A DNA stretch of 62,264 nucleotides, the filler included, from Globobulimina sp. (lineage: Eukaryota): the NCBI GenBank assembly GCA_003354225.1. It is 26 parts of 26 records of this genome, joined end to end, with 100 filler letters (N's around TTAATTAATTAA, not from the genome) between each part and the next. Parts side by side here need not be neighbours in the genome. Positions count along the whole stretch, not along the records: positions 35,990 to 38,287 come from PIVH01007553.1; positions 38,388 to 40,685 come from PIVH01007554.1; positions 40,786 to 43,083 come from PIVH01007555.1; positions 43,184 to 45,481 come from PIVH01007556.1; positions 45,582 to 47,879 come from PIVH01007557.1; positions 47,980 to 50,277 come from PIVH01007558.1; 20 more parts are not named here. The stretch is one strand, 5' to 3'. Position 1 is the stretch's first letter. Every line of letters starts with the position of its first letter. A model generated the notes under the pieces. That model was not told the origin of the DNA. It saw only the letters and a list, made by a program, of their open reading frames with translations, and did no database searches. Below, piece by piece: positions 36,152 through 48,826 of this stretch. The translations under genes and the position numbers were made by a program.

Positions 36152-37495
36152 ATGGGAAACAAAGCAAGTAGTTTGAAGATACATACAATAGTTCCAGATA
36201 AAAGTCACGATACAGATACAGACATTGAGCATGAGGTTGGAAAGGATAAACTAACGAATTCTTTATGGTCATTGAAAACGTTAATGTTATTAATTGAGGG
36301 CTACATTAAAAAGAATATGCGATATGATTTTAATGTAACAATACCAGTGGAACTAATTTATTTATGTTCTCAATTTTATGGTTTTAAAGTATTAATGATA
36401 TTACAATCGAAACTCTATACATACCCAAATATGCCAAATGCATTAAAATTCCTAAAAACAAATCCTAAAAACAATATAAATTGGGTCCAATTTAAAATAC
36501 ATGGCTATGATGGTCCAAACATCATTAAATATGACAGTTTTGCTGGAGAAGAATCAACATTTAAATATAACAAACAATTAACCCAATTATTTGAATATAT
36601 TCCGTCAATAAATTGGAAACGAAACACTGTTTCATCCGCAATAATAACATATGACAATAACATCATTTCAGGATTAAGGTTCACACAAAAAGGATACAAA
36701 GGATATGATAATGATACAATTATTGATGGCTACGAGTTCGCAATGCCAAGCAGTATAAGTTTAGATGCGATTGAATGTAAAAAAGAGAATCAAATTAAAA
36801 TGCGATATTCAAAAGTTAATGAATCATTGTTTGCGACCATTCAAACATTGCATAAAACATATTTGTATCAACTGCCGCTATCTTTTTATGAATATGATCA
36901 TGAATCAAATAATAAATGGAAATGGGAACATGTAAATACATTTATGTTAAGTAAGAATGTGAAACATCAAAAGTTTGCTAAACATAATATACATTTGATT
37001 GACAATGATATGAGATTATGGTTAGGACATTCTTTGTCTATATATTATAAAACAGAGCTAATGAAAGCAATGATATATGACTTTGGTACTAAGCAATGGT
37101 CGAATGGAGCGACAGTGGAAAATGAACAGTTGATGGAAGAACATGGGAATTCGTGCTATAATGTGCATAAAAATGGAATATATTGCTTTGGTTCAAGATA
37201 TACAAATAATTATACATTGTACGATTATAATTTGGTGGATAATAAATGGTACATATATGATACCAATGCATTGGATATATATAAAAATAAATATCATAAA
37301 ATTCAACAAATATCATTGTGGAATGACTATTATAGTCCAAATTTATTATATTGTTCCGTTGCGTCGGAAAACGAAATTGTTGTTGAATTTATTGATGACA
37401 GAATGAAGGATAAAGGATGGATTATTGACGAGCAAATTGTTCAAAGTATTGGCAAAATATGTGATCCAACTTTTATCCATCCATGTTTTTGTTGA
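36152..37495 (+). CDS. IP-helix module plus degenerate kelch/beta-propeller protein
   Basis: MGNKASS (myristoylation-like); LLIEGYIKK...IPVELIYLCSQFY; YDFGTKQW, IYCFG, YNLVDNKW blades. Confidence 0.7.
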   Translation: MGNKASSLKIHTIVPDKSHDTDTDIEHEVGKDKLTNSLWSLKTLMLLIEGYIKKNMRYDFNVTIPVELIYLCSQFYGFKVLMILQSKLYTYPNMPNALKFLKTNPKNNINWVQFKIHGYDGPNIIKYDSFAGEESTFKYNKQLTQLFEYIPSINWKRNTVSSAIITYDNNIISGLRFTQKGYKGYDNDTIIDGYEFAMPSSISLDAIECKKENQIKMRYSKVNESLFATIQTLHKTYLYQLPLSFYEYDHESNNKWKWEHVNTFMLSKNVKHQKFAKHNIHLIDNDMRLWLGHSLSIYYKTELMKAMIYDFGTKQWSNGATVENEQLMEEHGNSCYNVHKNGIYCFGSRYTNNYTLYDYNLVDNKWYIYDTNALDIYKNKYHKIQQISLWNDYYSPNLLYCSVASENEIVVEFIDDRMKDKGWIIDEQIVQSIGKICDPTFIHPCFC

Positions 37496-37624
37496 GCTGT
37501 TACCCTTGTGTTTAATTGTGGTGATGACATATTTTATTTGTGGCCATAATTGTTTTTGCAATCTTAAAATATATTAACACAGAAAAAAACTTAAGCAAAA
37601 AAGTGTTTGTTGGGTGTAGAGAGA

Positions 37625-38287
37625 ATGGCAAGTCTCGAAGAAACAATCCATGACCAAATGCAAGTTGAAGGTGCAGATGATTTTGATTTTAATAAATGGA
37701 TCGAAGCAAACCATCTCGAACAGGCCAAACAATTCTTGATAAAGCATGGCATGACCGATAGAGATTCCATATCAACGAACTCTCCTTCATTTATTCAATT
37801 AATATCAGATTTATTCGCATCTCAGCCTTTGTCCGCTCCTTTGGTGGTTTCTGCCATTCAAAAGACACAAACAGCAAAACATATAATCGTAGCAGAGGAA
37901 GAACATAATGTCATCGATGAAATAACAGCAAATTTGAAAGAAATGGATGCCTTTGAAATGAATATAAATTCATTAAACAAACAATTGGCAGCGAGTTTAG
38001 ATGAAATTAAAAGAGAAAAATTGAAACAAATTAAAAATAGTAAAGAAAAAAGCAAGTATTCATTGAATGAAATGAAAGAAAAAATAATTGTTTGTGGCGA
38101 AAAAATAGAAAATGAGTTCAATAAAATTCAATCAAAAATAAATGAGAGCGAAGAAACGAAAGAAAGTGAAATATTGAGAGAAAGTGCAAAAATGATGCAA
38201 TCAGAGCGAGCATATTTAGCTCAAAAATTAAATGAATGCAATGATAAAATTAATTGGATGGGAAACGAGCAAAGACAGCAAAGAAAA
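37625..38287 (+). CDS. SAM-like plus coiled-coil protein, 3'-truncated
   Basis: FDFNKWIEANHLEQAKQFLIKHGM followed by a long heptad-rich region. Confidence 0.55.
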
Positions 38288-38448
38288 NNNNNNNNNNNNN
38301 NNNNNNNNNNNNNNNNNNNNNNNNNNNNNNNTTAATTAATTAANNNNNNNNNNNNNNNNNNNNNNNNNNNNNNNNNNNNNNNNNNNNTACAAATCAAAAA
38401 CATTTTTTTTTATTTTCATCAATATTTATTTAAAAACATGTCAATTTA

Positions 38449-38543
38449 ACCGGGTAATCTGACCTATTCACTTGACCAGGCTATCTGACCTGGTTATATA
38501 TCCTCTTTACCTGGTCATATGACCAGGTTATATGACCTGGTAA
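38449..38543. repeat. Cluster of GACCWGG motifs in both orientations, including a perfect 20-bp palindrome at 38509-38528
   Basis: ACCTGGTCATATGACCAGGT plus flanking TGACCAGG and TGACCTGG copies. Confidence 0.75.
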
Positions 38544-38814
38544 ACATCAAATCCCAAATCCATGTACTCTGCAGTGCCATAAACAGACTACTTGAAACAC
38601 CGCGTGTTTGAATAATTTGAAATCCTATGGAGATTTACATGCAGTGCAAGGATATTAGGATAATGTATACAATTTCAAAAAAAAACTAGAATGTCATAGA
38701 ACTAAGAAGGGGAAAGAATATAATATAAAATTATAAATAGGTACCTATACAACAATAGATATACAAGTATTAATAGGAATTATATATATTATATTGAGGA
38801 ACATAATCATAAAA

Positions 38815-39806
38815 TTACCAAACCGACCATCCCAACACTTTACATTGACTTAAATCCTGTTCATTATTCGGCCTTTGAATGAATTGATTTCTTGCATTTT
38901 TAACTCCATTTAATTGTTTAGATTTTAATTGATTTATATGTATATTTTTCTGCATTATTTTTTTTTTATATGCAACAATTTGTTGATTCAATTCATTTGT
39001 TTCTGCTACGTATTTTTCAAGCAATTGTTCTTTCTCTTCATCGGCAGAATTATTTTCTAATTCAAATGTATGCGACCCAGCGGCTACTACACTGTCCATT
39101 GAATGAAGCTCATTCACTTTGACACTGTGCATAAAGTTAAGTCGTAAGGTTTTATTGTCCGATATTACACCACCAACATCTGGCTCTGGTGAGAGAGCTT
39201 CAATTTGCTTTTTAAACTGTTGTCGAGTTTCCTGTTTTAACAAATTCAGTTCATTTGAAATTTGCTCATATTTCTCGCTCATTTTATTTTGTTCATTGTT
39301 GCCTTCAACAATTTTATTTTCTAACATTTCAATTTTATTTTGATATTCTATTTCTTTTTTTTGTGCGTTGCGTTTCATATTTTCTAATGCTAATTGATAT
39401 TTTTTATGTTGTTGCTTTAAAATTTTATTTTCTTCAATTAACCCAACATTTAAATCCTTATATTGATCATTTTGCGCACTTATCTCTTGTTGTAATGAAT
39501 CCGCATCATTCAAAGCTGTCGACAGTGTTTGGCATTGAAATTTTGTGTATTGATCAAGTTCCAATGCCTCCAAATTGGCACGATTAGACTGTTTTAATTC
39601 TAAATTTTGTGCTACCATTTGTTTCATCTACGCAAATATTATAATATGTCAGTACTTATATTCTGTGAATAAGTACAAACAAATATACAAACCTCTTTTT
39701 CGTATTCCACCCTTTCTAATTCCATAGTCAACACATGTTGAGCTAAAGCATCATTTTTCGCCTTCAAATCTTCATATTGTTGCTCCATTCCCTTCAAAGT
39801 TCTCAC
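38815..39806 (-). CDS. Coiled-coil protein, C-terminal exons
   Basis: Q/E/K heptad-rich ORFs joined by a GT-AG intron (YEKE|MKQMV). Confidence 0.65.
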
Positions 39807-39837
39807 TGAAAAAGATTGAAAAAACACGTTTTGTGAT

Positions 39838-40630
39838 CATGGCAAATGATGACCATGTCACGCAGTCAATGATGGATCTCGGGTTGGATTTATATGATAC
39901 TATACACACATCATTGCATGGCCGAGATGAATTCGTGGATAATAAGAATGATGCGATCCTATACGAGTATGATCCTGAAATTATCAATGAAGTATTCGAA
40001 ATCACTCCAGATAACAATAACGAGAGAAAAGTACAAGAAACAGATAACAATGCGATTAACAATGAGAATGAGAATCAGAATGAGCCTGAAAATAAGGATT
40101 ATAATCCAATGATTGATACGTTAAACACTGTCATGAAAACAATGAATAATAAAAAATTGAATAAATATACAGACAAAATTGCAGAATATTTCACCCAAAA
40201 TAACATTGATTATATTAAATTAAAAAGTATGGCACGGAAACCGTTCATGGTAAATGTATCGGAATATTGTGGCGATAAAAAAATAAAAACACCATTAGGT
40301 AAATTGTTAAAGGCATTGACAGAACATATTAAGAACGAACATAAAGAAGAAAGTAAACAAACCGATGAAGATGTAACAAAAGGTAACAATGTTGATTCCA
40401 AAATAGCAGACAACGAACAAAATTCAAATGATACGAATGCAAACAATGAGAATCATAACGAAAATCCAATGATTGATACGTTAAATAATGCCATGGAAAC
40501 ACTGAATAATACAAAATTGAATAAATATACTGAGCAAATTACAGCATATTTCACAACAAATAGCATTGATTACTATAATTTAGAAAGTATGGGAAGTAAA
40601 CCATTCATGCTAAATGTATCTAAATATTGA
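39838..40630 (+). CDS. Protein fragment with a duplicated ~55-aa SAM-like helical unit
   Basis: NPMIDTLN...KLNKYTDKIAEYF..NNIDY..LKSMARKPFMVNVSEY repeated as NPMIDTLN...KLNKYTEQITAYF..NSIDY..LESMGSKPFMLNVSKY. Confidence 0.6.
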
Positions 40631-40785
40631 ATCCTTGCTTCTGCAACTTTTGAAATGCATCAGAGATTCCTTCCCCCCCCCCTTGNNNNNNNNNNNNNNN
40701 NNNNNNNNNNNNNNNNNNNNNNNNNNNNNTTAATTAATTAANNNNNNNNNNNNNNNNNNNNNNNNNNNNNNNNNNNNNNNNNNNN

Positions 40786-40884
40786 ACTACCAATAACGCA
40801 AATTACACCAAATATAAGCACCACATAACATAGCATTGTCAACAAAACTGCTTTCATATTATATTTATTTTTGTTTGCCACAAA
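40786..40884. repeat. Exact 99-bp direct copy of 41246-41344 (3' part of the permease gene)
   Basis: Identical by inspection, offset 460 bp, begins at the contig edge. Confidence 0.9.
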
Positions 40885-41203
40885 CATATTATTGGATTGA
40901 AAGCATTGAAAAAACGTTGTAAATGATTTTAAAATTTTTAATACTTTCCAGAAATTTCTTGTTGGTGAAATATTTTTCATATTACCAATTTTACGCGTCT
41001 CCATTTACTGTGTCTGGAACTGTTCTAAAGTATCTCCGATCGTTAAATATCTATTTTAGTGATCAGATACAGTCCCGTATTTACGCTGGATTTAATTTAA
41101 TGTGCGAACACAACAAATCAAAGACGTAGAATAATTATCGTAAAGTTTGTTAATTAATTCGGAGTGTATGCAAGATGGGTTATGTAGCAACAGTACATCT
41201 TTG

Positions 41204-42793
41204 TCATTGAATATATTCAAACCACCACATAATGGCGGCACCACAACTACCAATAACGCAAATTACACCAAATATAAGCACCACATAACATAGCATTGTC
41301 AACAAAACTGCTTTCATATTATATTTATTTTTGTTTGCCACAAATTGCTCATTTTTCATCATTTGTAAATAAAATATCGCAGGGAATACAAACACGATAG
41401 CATTTGCCAATAACGACTGTGCAACATACAGAATTACAACAACATAATGACTCGCAAGAAGAGCAACTATCCAAATCGTAAAAGTCACCACAAAATAAAG
41501 AAATAGTTTCGAGCATAAACATGTGTATTTTCTTTTTATTTTTTGAATTTCCGTATGATTTATGTTTGTAATATTCTTATACAAACACAAATTGTCAATA
41601 CAGATTTTAATATTCCAAAACAACAACGGATAGATGGCGATTATCACCAATACCATCATAAATTGTGCTGTACTGACTACGATGTCATGATTCAATCCAT
41701 TTAATATGTTCTCATTGCATTGTGCGCCAAATATAAAATATCCGCATATTCCAATTACAAAATTAAGAAACAAAACAAAAAAAAATGAAATGGATGAGAC
41801 ATTTATAAATTTGCGAGTCGATTTATTCCTTAATTCACCAAATAAGACAGGAGCATTAAAGTGTGTATTAAAACAAGTTACAAATATATTGAATGAAAAT
41901 AACCAAAACTTAAATGACGTATAATGCAATGATAAATGTACAGTGCGTGAGATATAATATCCATTTTTATCCTTTTCGTCAAACAATGTAAATACAATCA
42001 AACCGATAATATAAAAACAAGCAAGCATTCCTAAGAAAGAAGAATATTTTAAAGAATCTAAGGTTGGCAATAACGACAATGGGAATAAAATGCAAAAAAT
42101 GGATATTGTAATGACGAAAAATGTTGTCGATAGAAAGTGTTTTACCGATTGAATTAAATATAAATTTGAAAAACTGATATCATCAGCAATTTGAATGTTA
42201 AATTGCATCAAAGCTACTTTGAGAAATTCAGCTAAAAATATGCAATAAATAAGACACGATAAGTAACAAAATATTAATAATATCAAATCTAATAAAGTTG
42301 CAAATGAAGGACCAAATATTATTGCGCCAATATCACGATATGTATAGACGGCGTATTGCGAGGATAATAAACATAAAAATATCCAGCTTACATAGGATAA
42401 TATGAATGATATTGAAATTAATATCAAGGCAGGTAACAAACCAATATTTGCGATGGACAATGGCAATGTTAATAAACTAATACCGATTATACCTTTCATT
42501 ATATTGAAAGAGGTGGACATTGCTGAGGCTTTACCGTTGGCGTTAAAAGGTAATACATTCTGATTTATTTTATTATTGTTGGTATAATTGGTGTTATTTT
42601 GGCCGTTGTCAATAATAATGAGAGATGAATTGCCATGCATTATTCTTTGATTTTGAGGATTAGTATAATTTGGTAACTTACCTTCATTGAACATTATCAA
42701 TGGATTGTTTATGTTCGATTTTTGGATTAGAGTTGGATAACGAATGGGATCCTTGCTATTCGCAACCCCTTCATTGCCAAATGGGTTTGACAT
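41204..42793 (-). CDS. Amino acid/auxin permease family (SLC38/AVT-like) transporter
   Basis: FNIMKGIIGISLLTLP, LFPLSLLPTLDSLKYSS, CFNTHFN, GICGYFIFG, FVFPAIFY; about 11 TM helices. Confidence 0.93.
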   Translation of the reverse strand: MSNPFGNEGVANSKDPIRYPTLIQKSNINNPLIMFNEGKLPNYTNPQNQRIMHGNSSLIIIDNGQNNTNYTNNNKINQNVLPFNANGKASAMSTSFNIMKGIIGISLLTLPLSIANIGLLPALILISISFILSYVSWIFLCLLSSQYAVYTYRDIGAIIFGPSFATLLDLILLIFCYLSCLIYCIFLAEFLKVALMQFNIQIADDISFSNLYLIQSVKHFLSTTFFVITISIFCILFPLSLLPTLDSLKYSSFLGMLACFYIIGLIVFTLFDEKDKNGYYISRTVHLSLHYTSFKFWLFSFNIFVTCFNTHFNAPVLFGELRNKSTRKFINVSSISFFFVLFLNFVIGICGYFIFGAQCNENILNGLNHDIVVSTAQFMMVLVIIAIYPLLFWNIKICIDNLCLYKNITNINHTEIQKIKRKYTCLCSKLFLYFVVTFTIWIVALLASHYVVVILYVAQSLLANAIVFVFPAIFYLQMMKNEQFVANKNKYNMKAVLLTMLCYVVLIFGVICVIGSCGAAIMWWFEYIQ

Positions 42794-42886
42794 GGTCTTA
42801 CTGCGTATTTTCTGTGAAAACCTTTCAAGAGTAAGTATTATTGCCTTAATTTATCCTTGCACTGAGAAATTGATCTCATATCAATA

Positions 42887-43083
42887 TTATGCACTGTCCA
42901 ACAACTGTGCTCCATAATGCTGTAACCCTTCAATAACACCCAATGTCCTGAACTGCTTCGTTTTGATCATATTTCTATTCTTATGATTCTCGTCATAAAA
43001 CCTCAACAATTCCTGCGATGCATTTCCTAGTATAACACTGTTATATCCATCAACACCTAACATACTTATATCATTTCCCGAAT
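42887..43083 (-). CDS. HAD-IIB phosphatase, sucrose-phosphatase (S6PP)-like C-terminal fragment
   Basis: Own translation: DSGNDISML...SVILGNASQELL...GVIEGLQHY; missed by the ORF track. Confidence 0.75.
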
Positions 43084-43183
43084 NNNNNNNNNNNNNNNNN
43101 NNNNNNNNNNNNNNNNNNNNNNNNNNNTTAATTAATTAANNNNNNNNNNNNNNNNNNNNNNNNNNNNNNNNNNNNNNNNNNNN

Positions 43184-44043
<860 letters not shown>

Positions 44044-44328
44044 AAATAATTTTGATTTCGGTTGATATTTGTTGCTAAATAGTACATCTAATAACATATT
44101 TAATTTGAAGCTTTGTTTGATGGAAATGCCTAAAAAGTTCCATAAAACGAGCAAAGCGATAAATTGAGAGATGAAATAAATTAATTTTGCAATGTTATTG
44201 GTTACCCAGTGCATGAATACAACGTCATTTGCCTCGAAATCCCATACATCGATTTGTAAAGTATTTATTATTAACTATATGTTATTTTGTACGTTTTTGT
44301 TGTACATTAATTTGTTGATTGTATAGCG

Positions 44329-45077
44329 TTACTTAACAATGATTGATTGCGACATTGGAATAACTATCATGCTCCAAATATATTGCGTGACAGTGGTATA
44401 ACAGGAACAAAATGTGTTTTTTTGATAAAGACCGATGGCTAAATCAAGTGGTTGAGATAATGGTAATTTACATAAGCAGTATGATGCAATAATTAGATTT
44501 AGAATAATTGGTAAAAAAGTGATGTATGATAAGATTGGAAGAAGTGTTTTTAATTGGAAAGTGTTTGTGATTTCAATTAAGATATAAACAACAATGATAA
44601 TGATTGAATATATGCAGGATATGGTTAATGTGGTATAAATATAACGTTTTGTGGTAGGAGAGGCAAAACCAAATAAATCAGCGAATAAACTAAACCAACA
44701 ACATATGGTTAGGCAATTTAGCATAAAAGTTAGCCATAAAATGACATAGACGCCAATAATATGGATAATGTCTGGGATTTTATCGTGTTGATGGAATTTT
44801 GTGTAAATATTTATTTGATGGACCACTATCATTAATATCATGAGTGCGTTTGTAAATAATGTTAGAATGTATGTTGTCGTCAGTAATGGTACAATTCCTT
44901 TCTGTATAACATTTTTGTAATTTGTAGAATCAATATAGACAAACATATTTGAATAACCTGAAATCCGTAAATTGAACAGTTACACATTAATCTACAAGTT
45001 GTATATAGGAACAACGCAGAAAATGCAATACCTGTCCCAATGACAAAGTAATCGTAAGTTGCCATGCTGATATCCAT
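44329..45077 (-). CDS. GPCR-like multi-TM protein, one intron; C-terminus uncertain
   Basis: Five or more TM helices; a phase-0 intron joins YGFQ to KGIVPLL. Confidence 0.55.
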
Positions 45078-45122
45078 TATGTGCCTTAATTCGATTTGAC
45101 TTCAAATTAACTATCAAATATC

Positions 45123-45481
45123 ATGTCAACAGATAGTATGTTTGATGTATCAGTACATTATGACACCATTATTAACAAAGCACGACCAAAACAATTGAGA
45201 AAATTCATTAATGCTTTGGATGATAAGTGTTTAAAGAATATGATTGCAATGTACATAAATTCAATGATTAAACACCCAAATTATAATAAAATGACAGCCG
45301 CCCAAACACGAAAAAAAATGGAAGAAAATTTAAATGAAAAGAAAAAGAATCCAAATCAAAATATATTATCATTACTCAACAAATATTGCAAGAAAAAGAA
45401 AAAAAAAAAGAAATCTTTATCAAAAACAATCGAAATTATTAAGTTTATTACCGATGGAATTAATGGCTCATTCTTTGTCAT
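45123..45481 (+). CDS. Hypothetical protein, N-terminal fragment
   Basis: ATG-initiated open frame to the contig edge; poly-K stretch comes from an A-run. Confidence 0.4.
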
Positions 45482-45624
45482 NNNNNNNNNNNNNNNNNNN
45501 NNNNNNNNNNNNNNNNNNNNNNNNNTTAATTAATTAANNNNNNNNNNNNNNNNNNNNNNNNNNNNNNNNNNNNNNNNNNNNAATAATATTTTGCGAAAAA
45601 TTGAATATTTATATACAAATATTT

Positions 45625-47007
45625 TTACATTTTTATGATAATAATTGTGGTATCAGATCCAGCCACAACAGAGTCAATTCTATAATTTTCATCGATACCG
45701 ATTTCAGTCCGTGTGAGCAACCATGGATGTGATATTTTTGTCTGTTTACACTCTGAACTGCATTGATTATATTCATTATCACCAAATGTAAAAATATCAT
45801 TATACTGTGACAGTAAAACCGTGTGTTGGTATCCAGCGGACATGGCATCAAATAAAATATTGTTTAATTTTGGTAATTTATTTATTAAATGTGGTGTGGA
45901 TATATAATCGACAAAATCCTTGCCAGTGCCTATTTGTCCATAATTATTTTGTCCAAATAAAAAGCAATTTCCCTCTAAATCTAAAACACATGAATGTGTA
46001 TTACCTGCCTCGATTTTTGTTATTCTAAAATTTCGTTTTTTAAAGTATTCACATTCAATGGGTTTACATATAATATTTCCATCATTCTCTGAAGATAATT
46101 GGTGTCCACATTGACCATATGGGTTATCACCGAACACAAACAGTGTATGTTTGTCATTTATGCATAAATTATGATATGAACCACATGCAATATCGACAAT
46201 ATTGTACAGCTCTTTTATGTGTGTAATGCCTAGATATCCGTTTTTCTGTTTTTCATTACATTTTATACCAACACCACATTGGCCATATACATTATCACCG
46301 CATGCAAATACATCTCCATTTTTAGTTAGAAATAAGGTATGATATTCACCACATTTTATTTTTATAATTGTGTCTGTGGTAAATATGTCATTATAAAATA
46401 TTTGTGTGGGATAGAAATTTGATTCTTTGCCTATGGTTCCATCAAATTGTCCTTTTCGATTACTACCAAATGCATAGAATTTATTGTGTGGATAATTGCT
46501 AACAATAATTGTATGATTGGATATTGTTCCATCACCAATAACATTACAAACAAAATTATTATCCTCATCATTTTGTAAAATCGGTGTAAACCTTTCTATT
46601 TTTGGTGAATCCGGATCATTACAACCAACATCACCCCGGTAATTATTGCCAGAACAATATAACTTGCCATAAATAGTTTTGATCATAAAACGACCGTATC
46701 CGCGATATATATTTGAAGGATGATCCAATAATTTCTCAATTTCATGCAATCTCTTATATTTTAATATTGATTCACTATGTCCTAAGCCCAATTCACCAAA
46801 ATTATTATAGCCAATGCCATATATTTCATACCTACGAGGGCAATAAGCAATTATTAAATATATTATTGGCGATTTGAGTATATCGAATTGTCCTCTATAA
46901 TTTCGTTGAAATTGACCAACATATCCGAATGCAACTAATGATAATTTAGTTGCATAAAATGAGTTATTTGCGTTACCAATTTTCGCTTTGCCTGTTGTTT
47001 GTCCCAT
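45625..47007 (-). CDS. RCC1-repeat beta-propeller protein with N-terminal IP-helix-like module
   Basis: Repeated GxNxxGQ/ELG and CGxxHxL (CGEYHTLFL, CGSYHNLCI, AGNTHSCVL, AGYQHTVLL); MGQTTGK start. Confidence 0.92.
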   Translation of the reverse strand: MGQTTGKAKIGNANNSFYATKLSLVAFGYVGQFQRNYRGQFDILKSPIIYLIIAYCPRRYEIYGIGYNNFGELGLGHSESILKYKRLHEIEKLLDHPSNIYRGYGRFMIKTIYGKLYCSGNNYRGDVGCNDPDSPKIERFTPILQNDEDNNFVCNVIGDGTISNHTIIVSNYPHNKFYAFGSNRKGQFDGTIGKESNFYPTQIFYNDIFTTDTIIKIKCGEYHTLFLTKNGDVFACGDNVYGQCGVGIKCNEKQKNGYLGITHIKELYNIVDIACGSYHNLCINDKHTLFVFGDNPYGQCGHQLSSENDGNIICKPIECEYFKKRNFRITKIEAGNTHSCVLDLEGNCFLFGQNNYGQIGTGKDFVDYISTPHLINKLPKLNNILFDAMSAGYQHTVLLSQYNDIFTFGDNEYNQCSSECKQTKISHPWLLTRTEIGIDENYRIDSVVAGSDTTIIIIKM

Positions 47008-47430
47008 TATTTTTGACAAGTTAAAATAAACTGGATATCCAATTATATAACGCCCCCTCCCTACATTTTTCAATTAAACTGGAAACTGTTTGCTATAGGT
47101 TTGTCTTGGATTTGTATACTGGGTTTGCTATATCTTTGTCTTGCATGGGTTTGCAAATCCAGCACAAAGTTATAACAAATTTATAATTGAATTTATGTAT
47201 ACAAAGGGGTGTTATCCAATGGGATATATAGTTAAAGCACATGACAGTTGTTAATGGACGGAGACGGAGTAGAATGTAAGTTGTTAATCAGTAGAATATA
47301 ATAAAGTATTCTTGTAAATAAAAATTGAAATTTTATAATTATAAATTTGTAAACCAACCTAACCAAAAAAAAAAAGAAAGAAATCAATAAATTGAGGTCA
47401 AAACAATTTCTGGGCAATATCAAAGCAGTT

Positions 47431-47879
47431 TCAATTCTGGGCAATATTTGAGGTATCTTCATTTTCATCAGATCCTTTTATAGCATTTTCATTTTCAAAC
47501 TCAATCTCATCATCAATATCCTTGCTATAATCCTCCGTATCTTTTTCCGGTAAATATTCTTCATCCTCTTCATCATCAAACATATTTGCATTAATTTCGG
47601 ATTCAAATAACATTCCGGTGGCCAAAAATTCTTTCAATCTCTTAGTATCGTCCTCTGTTGGCGCCCTACCATTAATCTTCTCAAATTTAGCCGAGGCAAA
47701 TTCCAAAGTCTGTATATTATATTTCCGTCAAAATGAAAAATTCAGAGCCAAATAAATCACAAAACTTGTTTTTCATCCGGTTGATCCAAATAAATACCCA
47801 TTCTCGAGCCAGCTGCTTTTTTCTTCACCGGAGTCACTAAGATTTTTACTCTTTCTCTAAGATCAACACCACCAATATC
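47431..47879 (-). CDS. Acidic hypothetical protein, C-terminal exons
   Basis: ...LVTPVKKK...; FEKINGRAPTEDD; D/E-rich tail. Confidence 0.5.
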
Positions 47880-48212
47880 NNNNNNNNNNNNNNNNNNNNN
47901 NNNNNNNNNNNNNNNNNNNNNNNTTAATTAATTAANNNNNNNNNNNNNNNNNNNNNNNNNNNNNNNNNNNNNNNNNNNNCTTAAGTCGTCTAAATATAAA
48001 TACGAGCGTAGAGTACGCTTGTTCGCACCCCGGCATTTACATACATGGCAAGGTGTACGTGTCTCCACGCCCCAATTATTGACCTTCCTAATACTAAACT
48101 TTCTGAATCAATGTATCGGTTCTAAATTGAACGTATTCATGTTGAACGTATTCATGTTTGTTGTTATTCCAACAAACAGTGTGTAGTAAATTATTATTGT
48201 TTAGTTTGCGGT

Positions 48213-48549
48213 GATTGTTGCATAAGTCCATAACTCTTGTGTGTGTTTTTGTGATTTTCTTTCTCCATTGCAACAAACTTGAATTGAAATGCATCACGTT
48301 CAAACGGATCAATGGTATTTAATAACAAGCTTTTATTGTTGTTTCTAGATTGGTCGACCATAAAACATTGTGATCTCCATTGTGCAAGGATAAAACATTT
48401 GCAATCCGTGGTAGTATGTACACAAACTCGTTTATGATTGACACAAATAGAATACACAAAAATGTAGCACACACAAAATATATACACAAAAAACAAGACA
48501 CAATTATCAAAAAAACACACACAAGCGTTATGGACTTATAGCAACAATC
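48213..48549. mobile_element. MITE-like segment bounded by ~38-bp imperfect terminal inverted repeats
   Basis: GATTGTTGCATAAGTCCATAACTCTTGTGTGTGTTTTT (48213-48250) matches the reverse complement of 48511-48549 with one mismatch and one indel; no clear TSD. Confidence 0.5.
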
Positions 48550-48747
48550 TCTTCTATGCTTCTATGCTCTTATCAGTATACTTCTATGCTCCTATCATTG
48601 GACGAATGAAAAACTGTTCTGCCATGAAAAAAAACAAAAAAGTTTTAGTGAGTTATTTACATATGTTATAACCTCACAGCATATGATTGTTTACTTGGTG
48701 AAATGTGGAATGGATAATTATTCTACGTAAAAAAATAAATACTCTTA

Positions 48748-48826
48748 GTTTAGGATAGAATACGATAGTTTAGGATAGGATAGGATATGATAGGAGAGTA
48801 TAGGATAGTTTAGGAAAGTATAGGAC
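48748..48826 (+). repeat. Degenerate (TAGGA)n microsatellite
   Basis: TTTAGGATAG...TAGGATAGGATAGGATATGATAGGAGAGTATAGGATAG... Confidence 0.8.

Noticed and set aside
48748-48826. Telomeric repeat
   Set aside because: Short, degenerate TAGGA units internal to the contig
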